Notes: generated from the sequence alone by a model not told the origin. A stretch of 38,619 nt of DNA from Actinomycetota bacterium (GCA_028697935.1 JAQVEM010000002.1:1-38619); one strand, 5' to 3'. Numbered from the stretch's first letter, positions 1 to 9,059 are shown. Made by a program: numbers and translations.

Positions 1-1472
1 GCATTTATAAACTGAATTTTGCCCTTTTTAAAATCGGGTTTATTTCTATTCAAAATAATTATAGCTCCAGGGGCACCTGTATTATAGAAAAGCTTTTCAG
101 GCAAAAGAATGATAGCCTCTATTAAATCCTCTTCAACTATCTTTGACCTTATAGCTTTTTCTTTGCCACCCCTAAAAAGACAACCATTATCTATAACTAT
201 ACCGACCTTTCCTGTTTTCTCATCTGCCGATGCCAGCATATGCTGAATCCATGCCCAGTCAGCAGATTGTCGGGGAGGAAAACCATAAACAAATCTTTTT
301 GACCAGAATTCTCCTTTTCTTAAAACTTCCTCATCATATCCGTCCTGATTCCATGGAGGATTGGCTATAACAATGTCAAAAGTCTTTATATCCCCGGACT
401 CATCTTTAAATTTTGGCGAATTTAATGTATCACCGTAGATAATATTGGCATTTCTAATATCATGGATATTTAAATTCATTTTTGCCAGAGCCAGCGTTTT
501 AGGATTTGCCTCCTGCCCATAAAGAAAAAGTTTATTGGCTGAATCTTCTCCGAAGTTATCCTTTACATGTTTGTAAGAACTTATAAGCATCCCCCCTGAA
601 CCACAGGCCGGGTCATAAACGCTCTGGCCAGGTTTTGGGTCAAGCATCTCAACCATCAATTTTATAACTTCTCTTGCAGTATATACTTCTCCCTCTTTTG
701 CCTTCTGTGGAGCAAAATATCTCAGTATCCATTCGTAAGCATCACCAAGAATATCAGGAGAAACATTATGGAGTGACTTTTCACTAAAAAGCTCTATTAG
801 CTGCCTTAATATCTCTGCATTTTCTCTGCTTGTTGTAAATTGAACAAAATCTATATTTTCAAACACAATTTTTAAATCCGGGTTAGTTTCCGCAATAGCC
901 TTCATTGCCCCGGAAAAATTTTCAGGAATTCTTGCCGGGTCTTTTTTTCTCAGATTGTCCCATAAAAATTCTTCTGGGATATTATAATCATGATAAGCGG
1001 AATTTTTGGCTTCTTTTCTTGCTTCCTCTTCGCTTAATCCATCAGCAATAGCTTCATCATACGCAACTCTATACTCTGTCTCCCACTTATCACTCATCCT
1101 CTTATAAAAGAGAAGAACAAGTATAAAAGAATAATCCACTCTGGTTCTTATAAGGTCTGCTGCTGATTTTAATATTCTCTCAAGATCGCTTCTGGTTAGT
1201 TTTTTCTTATCAAATGAAAGAGTATCTAAAATTATGTCTTTCTTGCTTTTAAGCCTATAGATTCTTTTCCTTGCGTCTTCCGGGTCAAATTCTACTGAAA
1301 GTATCCCCTCTTTTCTTAGTTCAGACAACACTACAATTACTTCATCTTTCTCATCTTTTATTCCATCGGTTCCTTTGCCAAGTTCTTTAACTGCATCTTC
1401 AAGGCGAAAGGGATTTGATTGGAATGATTTCCATAAAATTTCATATCTTTTGTCTATCCAGTCTGGTAACAT
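1..1472 (-). CDS. hsdM: Type I restriction-modification DNA methyltransferase subunit HsdM (5' ~490 codons; 3' end runs off the left edge)
   Basis: Not in the ORF track because it is open at the edge. Reverse-strand translation from ATG 1472 is stop-free to position 1. It contains HsdM_N-like LVLLFYKRMSDKWE, SAM motif I VYDPACGSGGML (585-620) and N6-adenine motif IV IANPPWN (348-368). Confidence 0.85.
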   Translation of the reverse strand, partial: MLPDWIDKRYEILWKSFQSNPFRLEDAVKELGKGTDGIKDEKDEVIVVLSELRKEGILSVEFDPEDARKRIYRLKSKKDIILDTLSFDKKKLTRSDLERILKSAADLIRTRVDYSFILVLLFYKRMSDKWETEYRVAYDEAIADGLSEEEARKEAKNSAYHDYNIPEEFLWDNLRKKDPARIPENFSGAMKAIAETNPDLKIVFENIDFVQFTTSRENAEILRQLIELFSEKSLHNVSPDILGDAYEWILRYFAPQKAKEGEVYTAREVIKLMVEMLDPKPGQSVYDPACGSGGMLISSYKHVKDNFGEDSANKLFLYGQEANPKTLALAKMNLNIHDIRNANIIYGDTLNSPKFKDESGDIKTFDIVIANPPWNQDGYDEEVLRKGEFWSKRFVYGFPPRQSADWAWIQHMLASADEKTGKVGIVIDNGCLFRGGKEKAIRSKIVEEDLIEAIILLPEKLFYNTGAPGAIIILNRNKPDFKKGKIQFIN

Positions 1473-1732
1473 AATTTAACCTGACTTTCTGTTTAAATTA
1501 AATAAGCTAAATTACAAAATATAAGTATTTTCATTTTAACTTATATTATAACCATCTATTAGATAAAGACAATAAAATTTTTTGCAAAGTTTTAGAATTA
1601 ATAATAAAGAATTTTAATAACTTCCGTCCGGTCTATCTGTTACTCTCTATGCTGGACTTACCTCTTACTAAAAGCATGTATTATCCTTTATTAGCTCCAG
1701 AATCTTAAAAAAATATTCCCTGCTAATACGTA

Positions 1733-3655
1733 TTAGTATGTTAACCCATATCCATAGGGGAAAAGTGCTCCTTTTGAACCATCAACATCATTTATTGGTA
1801 TCTGATCTATTGATGCAGGCCATGTATATGAAAGTTTTCCGGCAGGTGCATAGTCGCCAAAAATGACATCCGTAATTCCCTGCCCTTCAGTTCCCGGAAG
1901 CCATGCCGCAATAAGGGTATCTATTTTATCAAGGTGGTCTGTTATTATTATCGGGCGACCAGTGATTAGAATTACTACAACAGGAATACCCCTGCCTGCT
2001 AGATTATTAATTGCGTTTGCGTCTACTTCACCCAGCAGCAGGTCGCTATCATCGCCCATATATTCAGCATAGGGAGTCTCACCTGCTACTACAATTGCAA
2101 CTTCTGCACCTTCCGGCACATCACTTCCATCTTTTGAATAAATCACTTCGGTTTCTTCTGAAACAATACTCTCTATCGCTTCTAGAATTGTTGTTCCCTC
2201 TGTAATATCACCAACTTCACCCTGCCAGGTAATAGTCCACCCTCCACACTGACTTCCGATATCATCTGCTTTTGTTCCTGCAACCACGATTCTTTTTATA
2301 TTTTTAGACAAAGGCAGAACCTGGTTCTCATTTTTTAACAACACCAGCGATTTACGAACTGCTTCTCTTGCTATCTCTCTGTGCTCTTTACTACCTATAA
2401 GACCCACATTACTTCTATCAGCACAGGGATTCTCAAAAAGGCCGAGATTGAATTTTATTGTTAATATTCTTCTTACCGCATCATCGATACGCTCCATAGA
2501 CACTCTTCCATCCTTAACCAGACCGGTCAGGGTAACGATAAAATCAACATAATTATCCGGCACCATAACCATATCTATACCTGCGTTTATTCCTTCCATA
2601 ATGTCCTGTTCTGTCATATTCTCATAAAACCCATCGATACCATTTATGCCCGACCAGTCTGAAACCACCAGACCATCAAATCCCAGCTCTCCCTTTAATA
2701 CATCGGTTATAAGATATGAGTTTGCATGCACTGGCACACCATTCCAGCTGTTAAATGAAACCATGATTGAACCTACACCCGCTTCAATTGCCCCGATATA
2801 AGGGGTGATATGAACATTCCTAAAATCTTCTTCTGAACATTCAGTATTCCCCCTATCAATGCCACCAGTTGTACCTCCGTCACCTGCAAAATGTTTTGCA
2901 CACGCAAGAATGCTGGTGTCATCAGATAGGCTGTTGCCCTGATATCCTTCAACTGCAGCTTTCCCGAGTGCTGTAACAAGCTCACTATTTTCACTGAATC
3001 CCTCATAAGTTCTCCCCCAGCGCTCATCCTGTGGAACAGCGATACATGGACTAAAAGTCCAGTCCATACCTGTTGCTGAAGCCTCAATTGCAGTAATTCT
3101 TGCAACCCTTTTCACAAGCTCAGCATCACCTGCCGCTCCCAGTCCAATATTATGTGGAAAAATAGTAGCACCACTTAAATTATTGTGACCATGAACTGCA
3201 TCAGTTCCATATATAATCGGTATACCCAGCCTTGAAGAAAGGGCAAATTGTTGATAATTATCATACATATCTGCCCAGTTTTCAGGAGTATTGGGCTGTG
3301 GTGCCGAGCCGCCTCCGCTCAATATTGAACCTATCCCATAACTGGTAATATGTTCATCAGAAATTATAAAATCCCGGGCAACCTGCGTCATCTGTCCAAT
3401 TTTTTCTTCAAGAGTCATGAGAGATAAAAGATTTTCTACTCTTTTTCCTACAGGGACGCTTGTGTCCATATAAATAGCCTTCTCTTCACCTGCTTCTCCC
3501 TCAATTCCTTCTTCGCCCTGGCGGTCCTCTTTGCTCTGCTGCAATTCTGATTTAACACCTACTTCAGCTTTGCATCCTGAAAAAGAAAGAACCATACAAA
3601 TTGATACTATTAGAAGCATTATTGATATCCTCTTTATTATTATCCTTCTAATCAT
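1733..3655 (-). CDS. bglX: Glycoside hydrolase family 3 beta-glucosidase (BglX-like), probable secreted lipoprotein
   Basis: 640-aa ORF with GH3 signatures EEKIGQMTQV, GTDAVHGHNN, KHFAGDGGT and nucleophile context GLVVSDWSG. N-terminal signal ends in LSFSGC. AAGGAGG lies at 3671-3677; Met13 at 3619 is an alternative start with better SD spacing. Confidence 0.85.
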   Translation of the reverse strand: MIRRIIIKRISIMLLIVSICMVLSFSGCKAEVGVKSELQQSKEDRQGEEGIEGEAGEEKAIYMDTSVPVGKRVENLLSLMTLEEKIGQMTQVARDFIISDEHITSYGIGSILSGGGSAPQPNTPENWADMYDNYQQFALSSRLGIPIIYGTDAVHGHNNLSGATIFPHNIGLGAAGDAELVKRVARITAIEASATGMDWTFSPCIAVPQDERWGRTYEGFSENSELVTALGKAAVEGYQGNSLSDDTSILACAKHFAGDGGTTGGIDRGNTECSEEDFRNVHITPYIGAIEAGVGSIMVSFNSWNGVPVHANSYLITDVLKGELGFDGLVVSDWSGINGIDGFYENMTEQDIMEGINAGIDMVMVPDNYVDFIVTLTGLVKDGRVSMERIDDAVRRILTIKFNLGLFENPCADRSNVGLIGSKEHREIAREAVRKSLVLLKNENQVLPLSKNIKRIVVAGTKADDIGSQCGGWTITWQGEVGDITEGTTILEAIESIVSEETEVIYSKDGSDVPEGAEVAIVVAGETPYAEYMGDDSDLLLGEVDANAINNLAGRGIPVVVILITGRPIIITDHLDKIDTLIAAWLPGTEGQGITDVIFGDYAPAGKLSYTWPASIDQIPINDVDGSKGALFPYGYGLTY

Positions 3656-3680
3656 TACCTTAACCCGAAGCCTCCTTTCT

Positions 3681-3694
3681 TGAACGCGCTTTCA
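3681..3694. promoter_or_regulatory. cre/LacI-operator-like 14-bp near-palindrome TGAACGCGCTTTCA in the bglX leader
   Basis: Read directly. 6 of 7 symmetric pairs, central CG, and 13 of 14 matches to TGWAANCGNTNWCA. It lies just upstream of the bglX SD. Confidence 0.3.
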
Positions 3695-3883
3695 TATCTA
3701 TTTAAAATTTTTTATTTTTGCTATTAAAACTATTAAAATTACCGGTTAGTGAAAATATTTTAACAATTAACCTTCTTATTTACTATATAAAGTCCTCTGC
3801 TATTTCTTTTTTTCATAAAAAATTATAAAATTTCGTAGAGATTTATTTATTCAAATGGAACAGTTTTAAAGGAGGTTCTTCGC

Positions 3884-4849
3884 ATAAAAGCCCTGATCTA
3901 TAATAAAAATAACAAAGAATTACTGGAAGAAACTTCCCCGGAAGATATTATACCCTTTATTAAGGATTCAAAATACCTCATCTGGATTGACATTGAAAAT
4001 CCCTCCAGGGAAAATATGCAATTTTTGCAGGAGCAATTTAATTTTCACCCACTGGATATTGAAGACTGCCTCAGCATTATTGAGAGACCAAAGCTTGATG
4101 AGTATGATAACTATTTTTTTCTTGTTTTACATATCCCTTATTTTATCAAGCAAACCGGCAAACTTGTGCCCTTTACAGTAAATATATTTACCGGGAATAA
4201 CTTCCTTGTGACAGTTCATCGAGGTCTGTGCAAACCTGCTCAGGAAGCGTTTGATTACGTGGTTGAAAATAAACAAATACTTGATAAGGGTGTGGGTTAC
4301 CTTTTACACAAAGTAATCGACACACTCATTGATTACAGTTTTCCTGTACTCAATAAAATTTACAGAAATATACAGGATGTTGAGAGTAAGATTTTTAAAA
4401 AGGCCAGCAGCGAAAATGTCAGGAATATCCTTCTTATCAGAACCAATATTCTGACATTTAGAAGCATCATTTTCCCCCAGATAAAACTTCTAAAAACACT
4501 TGAAATAAAAGATATGGAATTTTTAACAGATGCCCTGGGGGTTTATTTCGGCGACCTTGTTGACCATGTAGAAAAAATCTGGGACACACTAGAAAATTAC
4601 AAAGAAATTATAGAAGGAGTGCAAGATGCACATCAGTCGCTTCTCTCAAACAAAATTAATAATATAATTCGAATACTTACCATTTTTAATGTTATTATTT
4701 TGCCGCTTACTCTCGTAGCCGGGATTTATAGCATGAATGTTTCACTCCCCCTGCAAAATTTCCCTTACATTTTTATTATAATCATAGGTTTAATGATTTT
4801 AATATCAATAGGAATGCTTGTTTATTTCAGACACAGAGACTGGTTATAG
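3884..4849 (+). CDS. corA: CorA-family divalent cation (Mg2+/Co2+) transporter; start placed at AUA 3884 because the ORF-track ATG 4016 truncates the conserved N-terminus
   Basis: FHPLDIEDC motif and two C-terminal TM helices; YSMNV replaces the YGMNF signature. The frame is open back to 3839. AAAGGAGG at 3868-3875 sits 8 nt before ATA 3884. Confidence 0.8.
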   Translation: MKALIYNKNNKELLEETSPEDIIPFIKDSKYLIWIDIENPSRENMQFLQEQFNFHPLDIEDCLSIIERPKLDEYDNYFFLVLHIPYFIKQTGKLVPFTVNIFTGNNFLVTVHRGLCKPAQEAFDYVVENKQILDKGVGYLLHKVIDTLIDYSFPVLNKIYRNIQDVESKIFKKASSENVRNILLIRTNILTFRSIIFPQIKLLKTLEIKDMEFLTDALGVYFGDLVDHVEKIWDTLENYKEIIEGVQDAHQSLLSNKINNIIRILTIFNVIILPLTLVAGIYSMNVSLPLQNFPYIFIIIIGLMILISIGMLVYFRHRDWL

Positions 4850-5701
4850 ATTAACTGGAGTTTTAATAGCGTCCTCGAAAAAAACTTCAAAACGATAATT
4901 TGTAAATTCTGGTATATATTCATCAAACAATATCTTTAAACTAAAATTCTGTTCTTCATCCGGAATCATCTCTTCTCTTTGCAGATAACATTTTCTTATA
5001 AAGACTACCTTTCCACTGCTGTTATAAAAAGTGCAAAAGAGTTTTAAATTCCTTATTTTTTCTGACCCTATATTAATTACTCTTCCTTCAATAACCAAAC
5101 TGTCGCCATCATCATCATAATAATACTTCTCTATCTTTGCCACAGGGTTACCTTCAAATATCTCATTATAGTCTTTGTAATTTACTCCTATCTTTATAAC
5201 GGACATATCTATATATTTTTCTTTTTCATCTATGTAATAGCAAAATGGCAGTCTATCTCCTGTCTTTATATAATCAGCAAATGCCGGTATTGTTCTGGAT
5301 ATAATTTTATCTCCATTTTTACCATAGAAATCCAATGTTATTCCAATATCCGTTTTAATTCCCGGGGAAATGTTTTCTACTTCCCCCATTAATACAAGCT
5401 CCTCATAAATATCTATATACAGGTTACAGTTTTTTATTTTAATATCAGTAGTATCTGTTCCCTCAAGTTTTATTTTTTCACAATCAAATAAATAAAGCCC
5501 GTTTTCTCTTGTTACGTTACTATTATTGGAGTTTACAGTTTTTGTGGATTCATCATCTCCGGGTCTGCAGGATACCAGCATGAACATAAGAATGAGGGAA
5601 AAAATAATTATGATTAAAAAAATTTCTTTAAATAACAAATATTTATATTTAAACTTACTCAATTTAATTTTATTAGTTTTATCAAGAAGCCAGACTAACA
5701 C
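4844..5701 (-). CDS. Hypothetical membrane-anchored lipoprotein with two internally similar beta-rich repeats (FxLYD-like by pattern recall)
   Basis: 285-aa ORF with K-rich n-region, hydrophobic helix and LVSC lipobox. The repeats are LVLMGEVENIS...DFYGKNGDKII and LVIEGRVINIG...TFYNSSGKVVF. Its start overlaps the panD stop by 7 nt. Confidence 0.5.
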   Translation of the reverse strand: MLVWLLDKTNKIKLSKFKYKYLLFKEIFLIIIIFSLILMFMLVSCRPGDDESTKTVNSNNSNVTRENGLYLFDCEKIKLEGTDTTDIKIKNCNLYIDIYEELVLMGEVENISPGIKTDIGITLDFYGKNGDKIISRTIPAFADYIKTGDRLPFCYYIDEKEKYIDMSVIKIGVNYKDYNEIFEGNPVAKIEKYYYDDDGDSLVIEGRVINIGSEKIRNLKLFCTFYNSSGKVVFIRKCYLQREEMIPDEEQNFSLKILFDEYIPEFTNYRFEVFFEDAIKTPVNL

Positions 5702-6078
5702 TGATCATCCTTCAACACATGGTTTTTTTCATCTGTAATTTTATTTCTTTCATCCACATATACTATTTTTGGACGATACTCCAGTGCTTCTTTGTATTCT
5801 ATATAAGTAAAAGACAGGATGATGATTTTCTCTCCTCTTAATATTTTCCGAGCTGCAGCACCATTCATACAAATTTCACCACTACCTCTCTTCCCTTCTA
5901 TAGCATATGTTTCCAGCCTTTCACCACTATCAAGGCTGACAACCAGAACCTTTTCACAGGGCAGTATATTTGCATGCTCCATTAAATTTTTATCTATGCT
6001 TATGCTGCCCGAGTAGTCAATTTCAGCGGCTGTTACTGTAGCCCTGTGAATTTTACTTTTTAATATACAGACTAACAT
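5695..6078 (-). CDS. panD: Aspartate 1-decarboxylase proenzyme
   Basis: 127 aa with KSKIHRATVT and self-cleavage context DYSGSISID. Follows panC. Confidence 0.93.
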   Translation of the reverse strand: MLVCILKSKIHRATVTAAEIDYSGSISIDKNLMEHANILPCEKVLVVSLDSGERLETYAIEGKRGSGEICMNGAAARKILRGEKIIILSFTYIEYKEALEYRPKIVYVDERNKITDEKNHVLKDDQC

Positions 6079-6245
6079 AATTTATTTAACACTCCCTGTT
6101 TAGTATTCACTATTACTTCTTTATAATCTCTTTCTTTTTAATCTTTTTAAATGGATCTTTTAAAACTAAAGCCCCCGCAAACAATTTTTTAACATCTTTC
6201 TTTTTAGACCCATACTATATAACATTACATCCTGCTGGCATATAT

Positions 6246-7106
6246 CTATACCTTTATCATAATATTGTCAATAAGCCTTGTGTTGCCTATCCATGCTGCA
6301 ACAGCTGCAAGTATTTCTCCGTCTTCCCCCCTTCTAACTCTTCTTTTCTCCTGGAGCGTGAGTGGATCTCTGAAATCAAAATAATCTACTTTCCTAACAA
6401 ATTTATTTCCTTCCAATTCTTCTAATACTCTTTTCTTTATCTTTTCAAGATCATTCTCTCCCCCGGCAATCATGTCTCTTGCAATATTCAAACACCTGTA
6501 TAGGATGGTGGCATTTTCTCTTTCCACTCCGGAAAGATATCTATTCCTTGAACTTAAAGCAAGGCCATCCTCCTCTCTTACTATTGGACCGCTTTTAATT
6601 TCGATATCGAGATTCAAATCATCCACCATCTTTTTTATTATCACCAACTGCTGGTAGTCCTTCTCTCCAAAATATGCTTTGTGAGCATTTATAATATTAA
6701 ATAGTTTTAAAACAACTGTCGCCACTCCAGCAAAATGGCCGGGTCTATATTTCCCGCACATAACACTGCTGAGTTCTTTCACCTCAACTGTAGTTTTATG
6801 ATCCTGACCATACATTTCCTGTACCGAAGGATTAAAAATATAATCAACTCCTTCTTTTTCTGCCAGACTGGTGTCCCTTTTTATGTCCCTGGGATATTTC
6901 TTAAAATCTTCATCGGGACCAAATTGCATCGGATTAACAAATATACTTATTATCACTTTATCACAATCTCTTTGTGCCATTCTTATAAGGCTCAGGTGCC
7001 CCTCATGTAGAAATCCCATGGTAGGAACAAAACCTATTTTGTTTCCCTGTTTCCGGAGTTCTTGCATGGCTACCCTGCATTCGTCTATTTTGTTTATAGT
7101 TTTCAT
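6246..7106 (-). CDS. panC: Pantoate--beta-alanine ligase
   Basis: 286 aa with GFVPTMGFLHEGHLSLI (HxGH nucleotidyltransferase motif). Lies between panB and panD. Confidence 0.93.
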   Translation of the reverse strand: MKTINKIDECRVAMQELRKQGNKIGFVPTMGFLHEGHLSLIRMAQRDCDKVIISIFVNPMQFGPDEDFKKYPRDIKRDTSLAEKEGVDYIFNPSVQEMYGQDHKTTVEVKELSSVMCGKYRPGHFAGVATVVLKLFNIINAHKAYFGEKDYQQLVIIKKMVDDLNLDIEIKSGPIVREEDGLALSSRNRYLSGVERENATILYRCLNIARDMIAGGENDLEKIKKRVLEELEGNKFVRKVDYFDFRDPLTLQEKRRVRRGEDGEILAAVAAWIGNTRLIDNIMIKV

Positions 7107-7238
7107 TACTTATAATTATGTTTCTATTAATTAAAATTACTTTTAAGATTGTCTATGTTTTCCATAACTGTGGGTTCCTGACTTACAGATTCCAGCTCTT
7201 TTATAATTAGAATTTAAGAACTTATCATGTAAGATATC

Positions 7239-8042
7239 TTAGTATGAATGTTCTTCGGCTGGAAACTCCTTATTTTTAACTTCTTCTATATATTGCCTGA
7301 AGCATCTTTTAATCTCATCCCCTATATCTGAATATTTTTTAGAAAATTTTGGCGTGAAATCCCCTGATAGCCCGAGCATATCATGCGCTACAAGTACCTG
7401 ACCATCACAATAAACTCCCGCACCTATTCCTATTACAGGAATCTTCACTTCCTCTGTGATTCTTTTTGCAAGCAGTGCAGGAACTTTTTCCAGAACTATC
7501 GAAAATACTCCAGCTTCCTCAAGCCCTTTTGCATCTTCAACCATCTTTGAAGCCTGCTCATCATTTCTCCCCCTGACTCCGTAACCTCCAAACTGATGGA
7601 TTGATTGTGGTGTCAGCCCGAGATGGCCCATTACGGGAATTCCGGACCTGACTATATTATTTACAGTTTCGTAAATTTCTGTCCCTCCTTCAAGTTTCAC
7701 AGCTTCAGCTCCTGCTTCTTTTAAAAACCTTCCTGCATTTCTGACTGCTTCCTCTACACTTGCCTGATAGGACATAAAGGGCATATCCCCGACTACCATA
7801 GCCCTTTTTACTCCCCTGCTAACGGCTTTGCAGTGATGTATCATTTCTTCCATGGTGACCGGTATAGTGCTTTTGTATCCCAGCAGAACATTTGCTACCG
7901 AGTCTCCGACAAGAATTACATCTATCCCGCACTCATCCATCTGGGTTGCCATAAGATAATCATAGGCTGTCAGCATTGCTATTTTTTCTCCTCTTAACTT
8001 CATTTCCATCAGCTCTTTTGTAGTTACCTTTTTAACAGTCAT
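7239..8042 (-). CDS. panB: 3-methyl-2-oxobutanoate hydroxymethyltransferase
   Basis: 267 aa with MLTAYDY, LVGDSVANV, GAEAVKLEGG and IGIGAG motifs typical of PanB. Confidence 0.93.
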   Translation of the reverse strand: MTVKKVTTKELMEMKLRGEKIAMLTAYDYLMATQMDECGIDVILVGDSVANVLLGYKSTIPVTMEEMIHHCKAVSRGVKRAMVVGDMPFMSYQASVEEAVRNAGRFLKEAGAEAVKLEGGTEIYETVNNIVRSGIPVMGHLGLTPQSIHQFGGYGVRGRNDEQASKMVEDAKGLEEAGVFSIVLEKVPALLAKRITEEVKIPVIGIGAGVYCDGQVLVAHDMLGLSGDFTPKFSKKYSDIGDEIKRCFRQYIEEVKNKEFPAEEHSY

Positions 8043-8080
8043 TTAATCACCCTCTTTTTTAATTCCATCTATTCTTCAGT

Positions 8081-9013
8081 CTATTTCTTAAGTATTGCCT
8101 CTAATTCTTCCAGTGTTTTCTTGTTTATCCACTTGTTCCTGTAGGCTATTTTAGCAGTTTCCCTGCCCATTATTTTATATATCATTATATCCTCATCTGG
8201 AAAAATTTTTTTTAAGCTTTCCATATGTTCTTTTATTGTTCCGACATCCCCTCTTGCAATAGGGCCTGTTAAGGATTTTTCTGTTCCTATTTTCTTTATA
8301 TTATCCAGAGTGCCCTCTGATAAACTCAATAATCCTTCCAGTGACTCTTCCGGGTTTATTCCTATTTTTTTATGTAACATTGCAGCATAATTTAATAATG
8401 TCACCATATAGTTTGACGCAATACAGGCTGCTGCGTGGTAAAGAGGTTTTTTTTCATCATCAACTTTTATTGCTTTTCCTTCCAGACATTTAACAATTTT
8501 TCTGGCTATCTTTTCCGATCTTTCCCCGGAATACGTTAAACCATAAACAGTGCCCGGCAGAGTCTTTACTGCCATATTAATTGATGCAAAAGATTTTAAT
8601 GGATGAATTGAGGCGGTTTCTGCACCTGCGTGTCTGGCACTATCAAGAACATCCAGAGACTTTGAGCCACTAAAATGAATTACACAATATTTATTTTTAT
8701 AGTCTTCTATTTTTTCTTTAAAAATTTTTTCATTAAATATTTCATCACAGACAGGTTTTATAGCATCATCGGGAGTACATATTAAGACGCATTCTGCTGT
8801 CTTTGCTGCTTCTATATTATTTTTTGTAAACAATATCCCGGCAGAATTTCGCCCGAGGTATTCTTTTGCTCTATCAAGAGAATTGTCGGTTCTGGATGAT
8901 ATTGCTTTTATTTTTATGCCGCTTGATTCTTTTCCGGATAAGGCATAGCTAAGAGTTGTTCCGAGCCGCCCTGCACCAATAATACATATATTTATAAACA
9001 CTGTCTTGCTCAT
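8081..9013 (-). CDS. Rossmann-fold NAD(P)-binding protein with DUF2520-type C-terminal domain; candidate PanG-type ketopantoate reductase
   Basis: IIGAGRLGTTL dinucleotide loop and C-terminal LTGPIARGD signature. It heads the panBCD cluster. Confidence 0.6.
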   Translation of the reverse strand: MSKTVFINICIIGAGRLGTTLSYALSGKESSGIKIKAISSRTDNSLDRAKEYLGRNSAGILFTKNNIEAAKTAECVLICTPDDAIKPVCDEIFNEKIFKEKIEDYKNKYCVIHFSGSKSLDVLDSARHAGAETASIHPLKSFASINMAVKTLPGTVYGLTYSGERSEKIARKIVKCLEGKAIKVDDEKKPLYHAAACIASNYMVTLLNYAAMLHKKIGINPEESLEGLLSLSEGTLDNIKKIGTEKSLTGPIARGDVGTIKEHMESLKKIFPDEDIMIYKIMGRETAKIAYRNKWINKKTLEELEAILKK

Positions 9014-9059
9014 TATAAATTTATTATCTATTTAAAAAGGCTACAGTTTATACTCCTTT

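Noticed and set aside
1723-1736. 14-bp palindrome CTAATACGTATTAG overlapping the bglX stop, as a terminator
   Set aside because: The stem is AT-rich with no loop, and the T-run on the transcribed strand is separated by 7 nt. It is not convincing as an intrinsic terminator.
3656-3883. Possible Mg2+ (M-box) riboswitch or other leader element upstream of corA
   Set aside because: The region is short, almost pure A/T, and lacks the conserved GC-rich M-box helices I would expect. It shows only divergent promoter-like sequence.
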